Made by a program: the position numbers and the translations under genes | Notes under the pieces: model-generated | Seen by the model: only the letters and a program-made list of their open reading frames with translations | What the model was told of the DNA's origin: nothing | Database searches by the model: none | Shown: positions 1-14,160 of the stretch, piece after piece | Numbering within the stretch: the stretch's first letter is position 1 | Layout of the letters: every line of letters begins with the position of its first letter | Assembly: GCA_964016885.1 (NCBI GenBank) | Contig: OZ024742.1 | Span: 131,998,001 to 132,062,000 of the forward strand | Length of the DNA: 64,000 nt | DNA from: Eledone cirrhosa | Lineage: Eukaryota | Direction of reading: 5' to 3'

Positions 1-109
1 AACATAAGATATTCCTGTACCTGAAATATGAAATCCTACCTCTAAAATAAACAGCCGAGCCCGCAAAACTATGGACTCTCATGAAAAGCGCCAAATAAAT
101 ATCCGCTTG

Positions 110-430
110 ATCAACAGTATGACATCAGAGCCGTGATATACGAAGATGAATTCACATTATCAAAACGAAATGTAAACTTATACAGACATGTAGGAAAGTC
201 AATATTACGACCGTTTCCTTTATCAAGAAACGACGCGACATTTAGTCGCTCGGACGCGTGGAATACCACAAGGCTACCAAGTAACGTATGTAAACTCAAT
301 GTGTAAAAATATCTCCATAAAATGGTTAGAACTCGATTAATCTAGACCCTATATAACCGGATAAAGAACTTGTAATTTATGCACCGACGAAAGGTTGTTT
401 ATCCTGAAAATCTTTCCACCAGAAAGAGAT
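110..430 (+). pseudogene. Degraded Naiad-like PLE GIY-YIG endonuclease fragment
   Basis: Manual translation gives AVIYE..., TTRLPSNVCKL and SIKW...SRPYITG*RTCNLCTDERLFIL. These resemble the C-terminus of the 56861-58162 ORF ([25 protein letters not shown]). Stops and frameshifts present. Confidence 0.45.
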
Positions 431-1112
431 TCCTAAACCTTCACCAGGATGTTTTTAATCGACATTCTCATGCTTCTAAATACCATGTAATAGATGGCTC
501 ACATGAGCTTTCATATTTCTTATTTTCTAATTATTAATATTTTGTCACCTAATATCTGTCACAGATCTCTCATATGCTTTCTCCTTCCGGAAGTTTTCAT
601 TTACGTTGAAACAATATATGTGTGTATGTGTGTGTCTATAAACAATATATGCGCGTGTGTGTGTGTTTATGTGTATGTTTATGTGTGTGTGTACGTGTCT
701 GTGTGTGCATGTCCGCCTACGCGTCTGTATGTGTAAACAACAAAGAAAACATTTACATGCAAAATTCGATTCGTATTTGCAATGCACACGTACATATAAA
801 CTCAAACACTCTTATATATATATATATATATATACCTCAGCACTGAGAGTAAAAAAAAATAAAAAAATTATGTATTAAGATTCTACGAGTTCTTTGATCT
901 AACGTACCTTAGAACGTAACAATATATATGCGTAGAAACACATTAACACTTCCATATTCACAAATTCATGTATATATACAAGCGCGTGTATGTGCATACA
1001 ATTAAATAGTTGATAGCTTGTAACATTATTAAAATATTTCTCATGAAAGAAAATATAGATTCCTTTACTTGGATTCACTATCGAAAATATAACATCATTA
1101 TTATTATTATTA

Positions 1113-1166
<54 letters not shown>

Positions 1167-1168
1167 GG

Positions 1169-2215
1169 TACAGTGCGGGAATTCAGAGATGGAATGTTGT
1201 TGAACAAAAAGAAATGGATAGGAAGACTAGGAAGCTATTGACTATCTACATGTGCCACAAGAGGAGTGATATCGATAGACTCTACTTGAGGAGATCTGAG
1301 GGTGGAAGAGGTCTTATCAGCATAGAGGACTGTGTTCAGATGGAGAAGAACAACCTACACAAATACGTGACTGATAGTAAGGAGCCAATGCTCAGAACTG
1401 TACTGAATGAGGGGACAATAGGCCAGGGATGTCCAAGGAGGAAATAATATCAAGGAGAAAGAGCAGCCTTCAGGAACAATCCCTTCATAGTACCTTCTTT
1501 GAGAGAACTGAATTTAGAGATCCACAGACATGGAACTGGTTGAAAAGGGGAGACCTTAAAAAGGCTACAGAAGGAATGTTAATGGCTGCGCAGGAGCAGG
1601 CCCTCAAAACGAAGTGGTTGAAACACCACATTTACAAGGAGGAGGCTAGCCCACTGTGCACATTGTATCCGAGTGTAAACACCTAGCCCAGACTCACTAT
1701 AAGGGCTGGAAACATGATGTGATGAGCAAGGTGATCCACTGGCACCTATGCAAAGTAAACAATTTACCACATTCTGAGAAGTGGTATGAGCATAAGCCAG
1801 AGGCGGTGATAGAAAACGATCAGGTGAAGGTGCTGTGGGATTTTAGGATACAGACGGACAAGAAACTGGAACACAATAGACCTGACCTGGTGGTTTTGGA
1901 CAAAGAAAAAAGATCGTGCCTGATTGTGGATGTGGCCTGCCCATTCGACACGAGAGTGCAAGAGAAGGAGAGGGAGAAAATTAACCGATACCAGGAGGTA
2001 AAAAGGATTTGGAACTGCCATGAAGTCAAAGTGATCCCGATTGTCATAGGCGCACTAGGGACTATCTCAAAAAGTTTCCAGGGATGGTTAAAGAAAATTG
2101 GCCCCTTCACGCTTTTTGGAACGCTTCAAAAGGCATGCTTGCTGGGAACAGCAATAACCCTCAGATACGTCCTGAATATCTGAGGCTGCAGGTAGTGGCT
2201 TGATATTCATTTCAA
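1169..2215 (+). mobile_element. 5'-truncated R4/Dong-like non-LTR retrotransposon (RT thumb, zinc finger remnant, restriction-like endonuclease)
   Basis: ORFs 1010-1447, 1429-1686 and 1656-2183 give DIDRLYLRRSEGGRGL, LMAAQEQAL, HIVSEC and VLWDFRIQTD..LEHNRPDLVV...IVDVACPFD...KE.EK..Y. Flanked by (TAA)n, the known Dong/R4 target. Confidence 0.85.
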
Positions 2216-2266
2216 CAAACTTTCCAGTTAACTAACATCAATGACTGATACTCAAAGAGTAATAAC

Positions 2267-2327
<61 letters not shown>

Positions 2328-2339
2328 CAGCCACACACA

Positions 2340-2439
<100 letters not shown>

Positions 2440-2554
2440 CATACTTAACTATATGTACAGATTTAGCTATAACCAAAAATATACAATTATATGCTTATAT
2501 GGATATATATATATAAATAAATATATTTATATATAGACACATAGACACACACAC

Positions 2555-2588
<34 letters not shown>

Positions 2589-2949
2589 ATATATATACAT
2601 ATATATATACACCCACACACACATATATATATATATGTATGTGTGGCTATGTGTATGTCCATGCATTTGCGTCCGTATATGTATATATATATATAATTGA
2701 TCTAACACTCATTAACTTATACTGTTTCCACAAGTAACATCAAACATTTATTGGTTGTAAATATGTTTTATAAAGTTATAAAAAAATTCATCATCTGACA
2801 TGTAAATATTAAAATAAAGTTACAACCATGATAAATACATTTCCCTTTCACAATATCTAAAAATACGTTATTTCATTGAGTTAACGTATTTTAACTAAAT
2901 AAGAATTTCTCACTTTTGAAGTACTGGAATTTCATTAGTAAACAAAGGG

Positions 2950-3201
2950 TAATTATACAACTCTCATCACAAGTACAATAACCGCAAACACACAAACACA
3001 CACTAGCGAACTAAGATACAATACAAAAACACATACACCCAAACACGAACACACACACCAAACAGGAAACACACGCAGACGCATGCGCAAACAGAGACAG
3101 AGACAAGAATAAATAAACAAATAAAATAAAAGTTGCGTAGGCATTACAATACAACGGGAGGAAACATAAAAGTACCACTGATGATGTCACATATGTTTGA
3201 T

Positions 3202-3205
<4 letters not shown>
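2950..3205 (+). repeat. Fragment homologous to the 3' UTR/pLTR of the Nematis-like PLE at 19640-20710
   Basis: Shares acgcatgcgcaaa, aacgggag.aaaca and ccaCTGA(T/C)GAtgt with the reverse complement of 19860-20130. Truncated by (TA)n within the HHR. Confidence 0.55.
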
Positions 3206-3254
<49 letters not shown>

Positions 3255-3277
3255 ATATATATATATAGGAACAATTA

Positions 3278-3509
3278 TGACCCCCACGGCAGAGCTGAAG
3301 CCTTTCGACGGCTAATTCTGGACTAAATAAGAATGTTTAGCCTGGTAAATAAATAGCCGAACTTCTCAGGAGGTAATTGCTTATATGGCAAGATAGTAAT
3401 TGGCAAAATGATTGGTCAAAAATTTGTTGTAAAGACAGATGATTCTATCATTCCATTTGGTGGGAGGTAGGGTAGCTGAACTGGCCGGTTACTTACCGCA
3501 TTTCCTTCG

Positions 3510-3512
<3 letters not shown>
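3278..3512 (-). mobile_element. Family Y non-coding PLE-like element with degenerate hammerhead
   Basis: Minus strand reads acctc-CTGAGAA-[cggcta...tagccg stem]-GAAA-ggc..gcc-GTG-gggg. Same family as 17482, 41870, 49494, 49751, 60025 and 62494. Confidence 0.6.
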
Positions 3513-3557
<45 letters not shown>

Positions 3558-3731
3558 GTATTTATAACTGTTGATCAATCAATGATACTCATTCTGTTTA
3601 AGTAAACAGAAGTCCGATGAGCTTTCGATTCAAAGTCGGGCCCGATCGATAGAGTTCGAAACTCTGCCTGTGAATCACGAGAGGCACGTCAAACCCGAAT
3701 AAACTTAATAGTAATTTGACAACTCGTCATT

Positions 3732-3857
3732 ACTACGATCTGAGTTCAAATCCCGCCGAGGTTGACTTTGCCTTTCATCCTTACGGGGTCGATAAAATAA
3801 AGTACCAGTAATGTACTGGATAATTGCTGGCCCTGTACCAAAAGTAGAAACAATTAT

Positions 3858-3858
<1 letters not shown>
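3732..3858 (+). mobile_element. tRNA-derived SINE family 1 (5'-truncated)
   Basis: B box gagttcaaatcc, core gcctttcatccttacggggtcgataaaataaagtacc, tail aaagtagaaacaatt. Confidence 0.85.
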
Positions 3859-3900
<42 letters not shown>

Positions 3901-4134
3901 TATAAACATACATTATCTATATCCAAATAGATTATGTTAAAAAATATTACCCATCGACCTATTTCAATAATGCTCCATATACAACTTCTTAACTTCATGA
4001 TTCTCATATTTGCACACGCGCATATGTCTATATGTATGTATGTAAATACCTATATCTATCTATCTATCTCGCTCTCTATATATATGTATATATATTTATA
4101 TATGTATATATATTTATATATGTATATATACAAT

Positions 4135-5022
4135 ATTAAATTAAGGGTTGTCATGTCTGAGAGACATGCGCCATATCCACTGTAGAATAAGCTCAAATAT
4201 TCCAATGAATATATCCGAGCATTTCATATCAACGAGAAATAGATTGACATATATATATATAAAATAAACATATGAAACAATCACAGGGAATAATTTGTAA
4301 AGAATGTAAGCACACATAGCTTTTAAAATGATTAATCTCCTTTGTATATATTTCTTTAAGTAAAACATACCACTTAATCAGTAAATCACAGTAGTCAAAT
4401 CCTGGATGGTCACCAAAGGAGAAGATCCAACTATCTGCGTTTACAATGTAAATGCAGATGCGTGAATAACTCGAACCACGTGTTGCATTTAAAAAAAAAT
4501 ACACACATCGCAGAGCGTCATCCCAGTGGCGTGATTAGGATTATCGACAGCTAGAAATAGCAGGCGAGACCATTCAACTGAGTTAGCTCTACAATAAAGG
4601 GGCCGTATATATATCCAAAATTAAATAAAGGGTTGTCATGTCGGAGAGACATGCGCCATATCCACTGTAGAATAAACTCAAAGATTTCAATGAATAGATT
4701 CGAATGAATAGATCCGAGTCATTCACAGATTTGCATTTGCTTTGTAAACGCAGATAGTTATTTTCGTCTCCTTTGGTGACCATCCAGGATTTGACTGCTG
4801 TGATTTACTGATTAATTGGTGAAATATATTTTTTACTTAAAGAAATATATACAAAGGAGGTTAATCATTTTAAAATGTATCTATATTTGAAGTTCTAGTT
4901 AAACTTTAATTGGTTACCTACCTTGCTATGTGTGCTTACATTCTTTACAAATTATTCCCTGTGATCGTTCCATATGTTTATTTTATATATATATATATAT
5001 GTCAATCTATTTCTAGATGATA
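4135..5022. repeat. Composite direct plus inverted repeat
   Basis: 4135-4220 is repeated directly at ~4615-4720. ~4225-4473 is the reverse complement of ~4713-5022, with indels. Confidence 0.75.
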
Positions 5023-5032
5023 TATATATATA

Positions 5033-5190
5033 TTTAATATAGAAATGAATTCTACACCACTAGAACTGTTTCATTCGGGAGAAATAATCAGTTCTCGTCC
5101 TGGAGAAGCGATTTCTATATTAAATATTTATACTATGTATTGAGTACCTTACTTACTGTGGTTACCCCCGATTGAACCCGGGCTAAACTT
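5033..5190. mobile_element. Family X fold-back element, degenerate
   Basis: Homologous to 9158-9372 and 10757-10955 (ctagaactgtttcatt; tgagtaccttacttactgtggttac). Lies between (TA)n tracts. Confidence 0.7.
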
Positions 5191-5499
5191 ATATATATAT
5201 ATATATATATACTGTATATATATACATCCGTAGGTGTTTGACGGACGAGAGGAACGAGTATGTAATACCAAAGTATAATTTAAATATTCATTTTTTTATA
5301 GTTAAGTAGTGAGTGTCGTTAATCTCTAGTTTCACCTGTGCACTGAAAGGATCATCACATTGTCTGCTGTACATATATATGTATATATACATAAGACAAA
5401 ATTTAGTACATGTAACAAACGAATGACAAGGGATTTCCATATACCATGTCTATTTGGTGCCTGAGTAGTTTCAGTTGCTAAGAGAGTTCCACACTCTCC

Positions 5500-7010
5500 A
5501 CTGCCGCAGTAACTCCTAAAGAAAGACAACTATTCATGAAATCATACAAGGCATACGATACAAGAAAAATATGAAACAAAATGAGGATTTTTCAACCTAT
5601 TGAACAGGGGACAATGTATAATAGTGTACATACCGTTACAAAATAGGGGGGATTCTAAACATATCATACTGAAATGCTGCATAGATAGTATTGGAAATCA
5701 TAGAAACTTCGTATTGTTCCTCCTCCAAAGGAGGAATTTTTTCTGGTGCAGTGTTCCTTAATTTATGGACAGTGAATTCTATTTTTTGCCGAAGTGCTAG
5801 GCCTGTTTGACAAATAGCAACACTTATATTCTCTTTATTTCGAAAATATATGTCCTTGAAATAACATTTGAGACCTTCTAATAAATAGCTGCATAGGCGA
5901 CAGCTAACTAGCTTATAATATGTCCTGACTTTAGAAAATGATTTGTATTTACCACGACACTTCTTATTGTCATTTTATCCATTTTGCTTTATATAATTGA
6001 ATATCTCTTTATAAAGTGTTCATTATTTCCTACTTTACTATTTACTGCAATATTGAAAACATCCCTATTAGCTATGTTATCAACACAAAGAAACACAAAA
6101 CTAGAAAGTAACATATATTTACAACCTACGGACTCCCGACAATATCGCCTTTTTACATCTTCGCATACGATGTTGTTGCCTTTAAATGGGTTGGATATGT
6201 TCGATGGAGTGGATTAATATAAATTCAGGTGTTTGCGAATGCATTCAATAATGTCTGGGTCTTTCAAAATATGACAATGACGTTATTCTGGAGAGGCTAA
6301 TGTTGTAAACAACACAGCTTACTTGACATCACGAGTTATTAGGACTACTGACATATACATAGATAGACACACACACTTGAATATATATACAAATCTACAT
6401 TTCCAACATTATACTTACACTGACATATCTTTCCTCACTTTGCACCTGTGTCCACGAAGAGTTTCATTACAATCTGTAGGAAAAAGGCCTACTAACAGTC
6501 ATTTAAGGATAATATATATATATATTTCGTAGACTACATAGCATCCATTAAGCATAGCCACCGTTCCTAACATAGAGAGAAAAGTCTTTTAGTATACAAC
6601 ATTATACATGCAGTGGTCTCATACCAGCTACAAGAATTCTAGCGGCATGTAGAAAATATATCTATGTTGCATATTTTCCACACATATAAACATAATCCCA
6701 TGTTATCAAAGACGAGAAATTGAATAATAGATTATAATCACAGATAATTCTAAGATATTCACAAACATTCCAGTTAACTTAGCGAATTTGTACAATGGTC
6801 TCACCACACCTAGAAAAGATGAAAACAATAATCAAAAGAAGTTATACTCTAAATGTGATCAACAATAGTATTCCAAAAGCAAATAATTAATAACCAGGAA
6901 CTCCGGGAAACAAAATAAAAAATATAAATTGTTATACCACATATTTCAACTATTAATCCAAAGAACACCGAAAGGTACAAATACATATACTACTAACCTA
7001 TCTCATCTAC
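5500..7010 (+). pseudogene. Highly degraded Neptune-like PLE RT
   Basis: Peptide remnants NIPVNLA..ICTMVS, IIKRSYTLNVINNSIPKA and IVIPHISTINPKN align by eye with ORF2 at 52996 (NIPYCLARRICTIVE, LLKQKYPSLLIENGIQRA, LVIPFIMTHNP). Support for the 5' half is weak. Confidence 0.5.
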
Positions 7011-7247
7011 TAAAAGACAATTATTTTTGCCGAGAGACGTCAAAATATATGTGATGTTTCGAGGTTAATGGTATTGAATTGCATAACAACCATCAAGTGG
7101 TATGTTCATCCATAATTTTGCACCCCAAAACGGTTGAAGAGCAATGGATTAATCAACTACATGCACGGTGTCTCATACTTTCATTGTTTAAAATGATATG
7201 TATTTATAAACAAACACACATACATACACACACACACACATACACAC

Positions 7248-7300
<53 letters not shown>

Positions 7301-7303
<3 letters not shown>

Positions 7304-8109
7304 TACCGAGAATCGTTTTCAGCTCAGGAATTAACGAAAATCAACGTCCGATATGTGTGGCAAGCGCTCGATGAATCATATGAATCAGAGCTACAACATA
7401 CGTTAAGGGCCAAACACACTGAGATGATGGTTAAACATATCATCCGCACAGCCAAAATCCAAACGACCAAGTAATTCGGGTCAAAGAATAAAAATATATG
7501 TGTTGATACTTTCCCGGACCCTGGACTGATGGTAAAATCCAGTATTGATTTCTGCGACTCCAAATCAGGTACTGTCCGCCTACATAAAGAATGTTGGGCT
7601 TCTGGTGAGATGATGAACAAGGCAGTCGTGTTTTCAGCGGGTTTTGCTCCAATATGCTATAGATAGTGTAGCTATTACTGACCCCTCGTGGGATTCAGCA
7701 AGGGAGGTAACACCTCTATTAAGCGAATGATTCAGTTGTGTAATATTGCGAGAATGCAAAATATCACAAATCGAATAAAGCTCTCGACAGAATGGTTAAA
7801 TATAACAGAGCCATTCAACAGTCAATATAAGTAACTGAAAAAATCAATAAAATTAACTGCTCAATAGCTAGACTCTGGAGATTAATACAAATATAAATTA
7901 GCGAGAATCGTTTTCAGCTCAGGAATTAACGAAAATCAACGTCCGATATGTGTGGCAAGCGCTCGATGAATCATATGAATCAGAGCTACAACATACGTTA
8001 AGGGCCAAACACACTGAGGTGGTGGTTAAACATATCATCCGCACAGCCAAAATCAAAACGACCAAGTAATTCGGATCAAACAATAAAAATATATGTGTTG
8101 ATACTTTCC
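7301..8109. repeat. Partial tandem duplication, 595-bp period, between (TA)n tracts
   Basis: 7301-7514 recurs at 7896-8109 with few substitutions. Confidence 0.9.
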
Positions 8110-8127
8110 TGTATATATATATATACA

Positions 8128-8435
8128 TGAAGGCGCCTGGCTTTGTGGTTAGGGAGTTCGACTCGTGATTTCGATTCCCGGCGCCGCGCTGTGTTCCTGA
8201 GCAAGACACTTTATTTAATTTTGCCCCAGTCCACTTAGCTGGCAAAAATGAGTTGTACCTGTAATTCGAAGGATCAGCCTTGTCACATGCTGTGCCACGC
8301 CGTATCTCCCTGAGAACTACGTTAAGAGTAGATGTGTTTGAGGAACGTTCATCTACGTGCACGTTAATTTAACGAGTAGACTGTTCCGTTGACCGGATCA
8401 TATGGAACACTCATCGTCGTAACCGACGGAGTGCC
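8128..8435 (+). mobile_element. tRNA-derived SINE family 2
   Basis: A-box-like tggctttgtggttagg, B-box-like ttcgattccc, then ctgagcaagacactttattt. Related copies at ~40057-40180 and ~38600-38740. Confidence 0.7.
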
Positions 8436-8490
8436 TTATCTCTCTCTATCTCCCTCTCTCCCTCTCACTCTCTCTCTCTCTCTATATATA

Positions 8491-8569
<79 letters not shown>

Positions 8570-9125
8570 GAGAGTGAGAATATTATAATCTTACAAGACA
8601 CGTTCTGTTTCTTTGATGAAGTAATATTGGAGAAATCATCTAGTCCTCTCAATGACATTTTAAATATATTATGCAAACATTCATATATGTGGAACTTTAA
8701 TCGCGCATGAAACATTGTTATCACCTCAGTATAAGCATAAGTCTATCAATAATCAGATATACAGAATATCATATCGCAAACTCTTCCTTAACCCTTTCTT
8801 GAAATTATTTGTAATGAAATACACATGAAGTTAATTGATTACTGAAGAACCTTGAGTGATCTAATAAATCAGTAAGAGTTGCATTACTAAGTCAGTAAAA
8901 CATTATACAATTCTTAAATGAAATGATGTTGTAAGATTTAAAATGGGATGAACAAGAGCTGTCTTTTGCCGGATTGGTATCTAAAGAGATAAAACAGTAT
9001 TCCATTCTGGTAGAACAAAATCTCCCTCTAAAATGTGTATTGAATTTACACCTTTTTGCAATGCAATGATATTATTGATATTATTAATTCTAGATGTATT
9101 TAATTCATGGCAATTCCAGTAGATT

Positions 9126-9157
<32 letters not shown>

Positions 9158-9367
9158 CGTTATTCCGGGTTGAATCGGAGGTAACCACAGTAAGTAAGGT
9201 ACTCAATACATAGCAGAGTATAATAGTTTTAATATAGAAGAGATTCTACAGGACTAGAACTGTTTCATTCATTAGAAATCATCAGGAATCTCCTGAGATT
9301 CCTGAGATTCCTGATGATTTCTAATGAATGAAACAGTTCTAGTCCTGTAGAATCTCTTCTATATTAA

Positions 9368-9372
<5 letters not shown>
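9158..9372. mobile_element. Family X fold-back insertion in (TA)n
   Basis: Perfect inverted repeat ~9224-9372 with an unpaired tail on the left. Confidence 0.9.
9304..9356 (+). ncRNA. Type I hammerhead ribozyme (GUA); mirror copy at 9240-9292 on minus strand
   Basis: gagattc-CTGATGA-tttctaatgaat-GAAAC-ag ttctagtc ct-GTA-gaatctc. Stem I is 7 bp and the core is intact; stem II is weak. Confidence 0.8.
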
Positions 9373-9434
<62 letters not shown>

Positions 9435-9439
<5 letters not shown>

Positions 9440-9826
9440 TTAGTTTGATGGTTCACCACTGGATGGAACTGGTCATACCGTATGGTCAAACTCGATGTAA
9501 TATTAGGAAGTGGACTCGACGTAATGCAACTCACCCGTCTTCGTTTGTGTTGTTGGTGGTGCGAGTACGGAGTTAATTATTATAAAATAACAGGAGGCTG
9601 GACTGGTGTAATTCCTTAAAAGGTTTATTATACTATGCTCATTTCAATGACCAGGTTCAGTATGAATCCGGTAACATCATCGGGTATTCGAAATTTAATT
9701 CCTTTGTTAAATTTCTAATACCTGATGATGTCACCGGATCCATACTGAACCCGGTCACTTAAATGATCATAGTATAATAAACCTTTTAAGGAATTACACC
9801 AGTCCAGCCTCCTGTTATTTGATAAT
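9435..9826. mobile_element. Fold-back insertion with two complementary-mutated hammerheads
   Basis: Inverted repeat 9579-9826. Right arm: atac-CTGATGA-...accgg..ccggt..-TAAA-tgatca-TA-gtat (9718-9775). The left arm keeps GAAA but has CCGATGA. Confidence 0.8.
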
Positions 9827-9870
9827 ATATACACACACACACACACACACCCATACACGAACACCCCCCC

Positions 9871-9931
<61 letters not shown>

Positions 9932-10756
9932 ATGTATGTATATATGTATGTATGTATATATATATGTACATATACATATATAAATTTCTTTCCTATCATC
10001 CTTCCTTACTGCATCTCATTCTTCGAATATATGTGTGTTCATAATTCTCTTATATAAATTTCATATGTAAGCTACACCTATTCGAGATTTGGAACTGCGA
10101 CTGCTCAGACACAGCTGGAAATATTGTATCCGAACGTAGACACGAACTATAATATATGTCACATTTTAACTATAGTTGCAGTTTTATATTTTTTGTTTTC
10201 GTATATTTAGATAACATATAATTCAAATTTGATACATTATGCTTATGTTTTCATAATATCAATACGTCTACTATGTATATGTGTAAAACATTCATCAGTT
10301 ATACATTTTCCTTTATTTTATTATTTAATGCCGTGATATCTTTTCGCTTCTATACTTCCATTTCCCACCTGTTATTCCTCTAATTAAATTAAATTTCCTT
10401 TGTCTTTCTCGTTTTTCTTCATTCGGCTACGTGTTGAACTCTGTGAAACTCCTTCCACGATCTAACATTTTTTTCATCTTCATTTGTTACTATACTATTT
10501 CTTTTCAGATGTCAAGTAGTTTCAGTTTTCTAAATTATGACACATGCGTAAAACTGTACGGCATGTTCGTACATTATTTTGTTTTAGCTTTTCTTCCATG
10601 GCGTCTTTTATACTTCCATATCAAACGAGATAGATTGAGCGATATCGTGTTTTCTTTTGCACAATTTTACATTCACAACACTATATATTTGAACTTGTGT
10701 TGCGGTTCCTTCAATAATTCACGACTTTATTTTTTATAAGATTCAGTGATATATAT

Positions 10757-11065
<309 letters not shown>

Positions 11066-11249
11066 CGTGTGTATGTACATAATATGTATTTATTCATTTT
11101 CTTTAAATTGATTGTACGTTCCGAAAAAAGCAAATACATTTTTTATCAACTGGCAAGATGATTTGTGAACGAATGTACTCCGAAAGCAATTGCCCTTCTA
11201 ACCATCCGAGCTGCTATGATTGCGTGATCAATACCAGATATCCTTATGT

Positions 11250-13250
11250 CAAAAACGATTTTATATAGCCCTTATTGTATATCCGAACAAAAATCAATGG
11301 AACAAAATTCTCGACTCGGAGAGGCAAAATACAAACATAAACGCCACCTAATAGGATAATACAGTTAAGTTTACGCATAATCTGACAAAATAATAAATAA
11401 CGATGACTTTTTGGAATATTTGTTTCCATCGAATATGACAAGAGATATGTTAAACCTTGTGCAAACCAATCAGGAAGTCTCAATAGATTGTGCATAATTT
11501 CTCTGGAGATGTCACTAAAAGGCTGGAAAACTGTCATAACATCCACAGAAGTTTGAGTACTGCTTCAACTGAGTATATAACATTATCCGATAGTGTTTCC
11601 TACTCCCGGAATTTGAAATCATTGGATGGTCAGAAAATATTCAAACTTCCTGAAATACATCTCTATGGAATATAAATTTTTTATTGTCACACAATGATGG
11701 AACTATAATTTCTACCACCATAAGTATTACCTTTGGTATTTTCAAGGTGATTCCTTTTCTCCTCTTATATTTTGCATTTCACTCATGCTCTTCAGTTTAG
11801 AACTCAACAATAAAACATATGAGTAGAAAATAGACGCACCCATACATCATCTGTGTTATATGTAATTGTATGTCAATACTACGAATTGGAAGGACAGGTA
11901 ATAGATTCAGGGATGATGTAGCGATGGTGTTTGGACTAGATAAATGCGGAAAAGGTAGAATGAAACGCAACAAGTCAATGGAAATAGATGTGAATACAGA
12001 AACAAACTCGCAAATATTTAGGCGTCACTGAAAGCCAAGGTTTTCATACGCCAGCATGAAAGAGAAAATCAAGAGGGAATGATACCGGAGAGAATGTGCT
12101 GTCTTGAACACTGAGCTCTACAAAAATAATAAAATATTTGCTAAAATGTTCTTGCAATCCCAGTTGTTTCTAATAATTTCAACATCACGAATTGGAACAT
12201 TGAGAAAATAAAGAAAATGGATACTGAAATCAGGAAACATCTAACCCGCAATAAAGTCCATCACCCAAAAGCAGATGTGGATAGCCCTTATCTCCCTAGA
12301 CAAAGTTTGAACTGCCATGCAAAATATCAACCAGCGGACTCGAACAATACCTTAAACGTTAAACCTTCATGGATGCTAAAAATGGTTGTAGATCATGAAA
12401 GGAAGAGGCGGCTAGCTCCAATCACGTAGAAAAGTAGTAAGTTGTTAAATAATTGGGAAATGCATTTTGAAAATAATGGCGATTCTGCAACTAAGGCTAA
12501 AGAAAACATCAGAATGTTGGTGAAAATAAAGTTCAAGAACATGAGAGGTCAATCTCTTACCCAACAGTGCCTACGGAGTCCTGAGTTAAAAGGAGCGGGT
12601 GAGGGATTTATTGTAGCTGTACAAGATCATTGTCTTTCAATGCACAACTTTCAAGCCAATGCTATCAGAAATGGAACTGACCCCAAAGTGTCGATTCTGC
12701 GATGAGCATGTTGATACCTTTGACCAGCTGATTCTAGGCTGGAAATTAGTAGCTCACCCAGAGCATAAATTTAGGCATGATAGTGTAGGGAAATATTTAC
12801 CCTGGGTGGTATGCAGATTTATGGTTAAAAAACAGAGGTAACATAGTAGACGCATCACCCAAATTCAGTAATATTAGGTGTGAATATGACAATCTTATTC
12901 GATCTTCCTCTGTACACCGACATAATGACGAAGGTCAATAGAACCGATATAATTTTTGAAGGACCAACAAACGAAAATATGTTTTTTTAATTAACATGAG
13001 CATTTCAACATATCTTAACATATCATGGAAAGGGTACCGAAAGCTCACTATATAAAATGATCTGTTATATAAAATAGAGAAAATGTGGCATCTTAAAGCG
13101 CGTACAGTACCAGTTACAGTCGGTGAACTTGGAAAGATAAAAAGGAACTGAAAAACATTCGGAACCAATACTTGAACAGCCATCTCTGCAAGAGTTACAG
13201 AAAATAGTACTGACTGGCACTGTCCATGTCCTGAGAATAACATTACTAAT
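11250..13250 (+). pseudogene. Degraded R4-like LINE (RT to endonuclease)
   Basis: ggtattttcaaggtgattcc (frameshifted GIFQGDS), MDTEIRKHLT..KVHHPKADVD..YLPR, EGFIVAVQD, CRFCDEHVDTFDQL, RHD. Many stops. Confidence 0.7.
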
Positions 13251-13317
13251 TTAATTACCTTGTAAGAAAATTTACTGTCGGTTATGCCCTTACGGCATCA
13301 TTCGTATGCCAATTACA

Positions 13318-13729
13318 GCATGTTCCACAAGAGGAGTGATATTGATAGAGTCTACTTAAAGAGATCTGAAGGTGGAAAGGTATTATCAGCATAGAGGACT
13401 GTATTCAGATGGAGAAAAATAGTCTGCACAAATATTTGTCTGGGAATAGGGATCCAATTCTTAAAGGTGTACTGAAGGAGAAGACAATAGACCAGGGGAT
13501 GTCCAAGGAGGCAATAACAAGAAGGAGGAAGGGCAACCTTCATGAAAAACCCCTTCATAGCACCTTCTTTAAGAAAACCGAATTCAGCGATCCACAGACA
13601 TGGAACTGGTTAAAAAGTGGAAACCTTGAAAAAGCTACAGAAGCCATTTCGGCTGCACAAGAACAAGCCCTCAGAACGAAATGGGTGAAACACATATTGA
13701 CGAGGAGGCTAGCTGACTGTGTAGGATCT

Positions 13730-13794
<65 letters not shown>

Positions 13795-14160
13795 AAGGGG
13801 GGAGACTGTGGGTCACATCGTATCCAAGTGTAAACACCTGATCCCAGACTCACTATAAAGGCGGGAGACATGATATGATAGAAAAAGTGATTCACTGGCA
13901 TTTATGCAAACTAAACAATTTACCACATGCTGAGAAGTGGTATGAGCATAAGCCAGGGTCGGTGAAAGAAAAAGATCATGTGAAGGTGCTATGGGATTTG
14001 AGGATACAGACAGACAAGAAAATAGAACACAATAGGCCTGACCTGGTGGTTTGACAATGGAAAAAGATCGTGTCTGATTTTAGATGTAGCCTGCCCCTTT
14101 GACACAAGAGTTCGAGAAAAGGAGGAGGAAATTCACCGATACCAGGAGTTAAAAAGGATT
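13318..14160 (+). mobile_element. Second copy of the R4/Dong-like family at 1169-2215, interrupted by (GA)n
   Basis: Nucleotide similarity to 1250-2010; ORF 13409-13858. Confidence 0.85.

Noticed and set aside
4548-4565. agctagaaatagca, identical to part of the Cas9 sgRNA scaffold
   Set aside because: Only 14 nt match; flanks differ and there is no cas gene or vector context.
4800-4835. CTGATTA...GAAA hammerhead-like string
   Set aside because: Core mismatch and no supporting stems.
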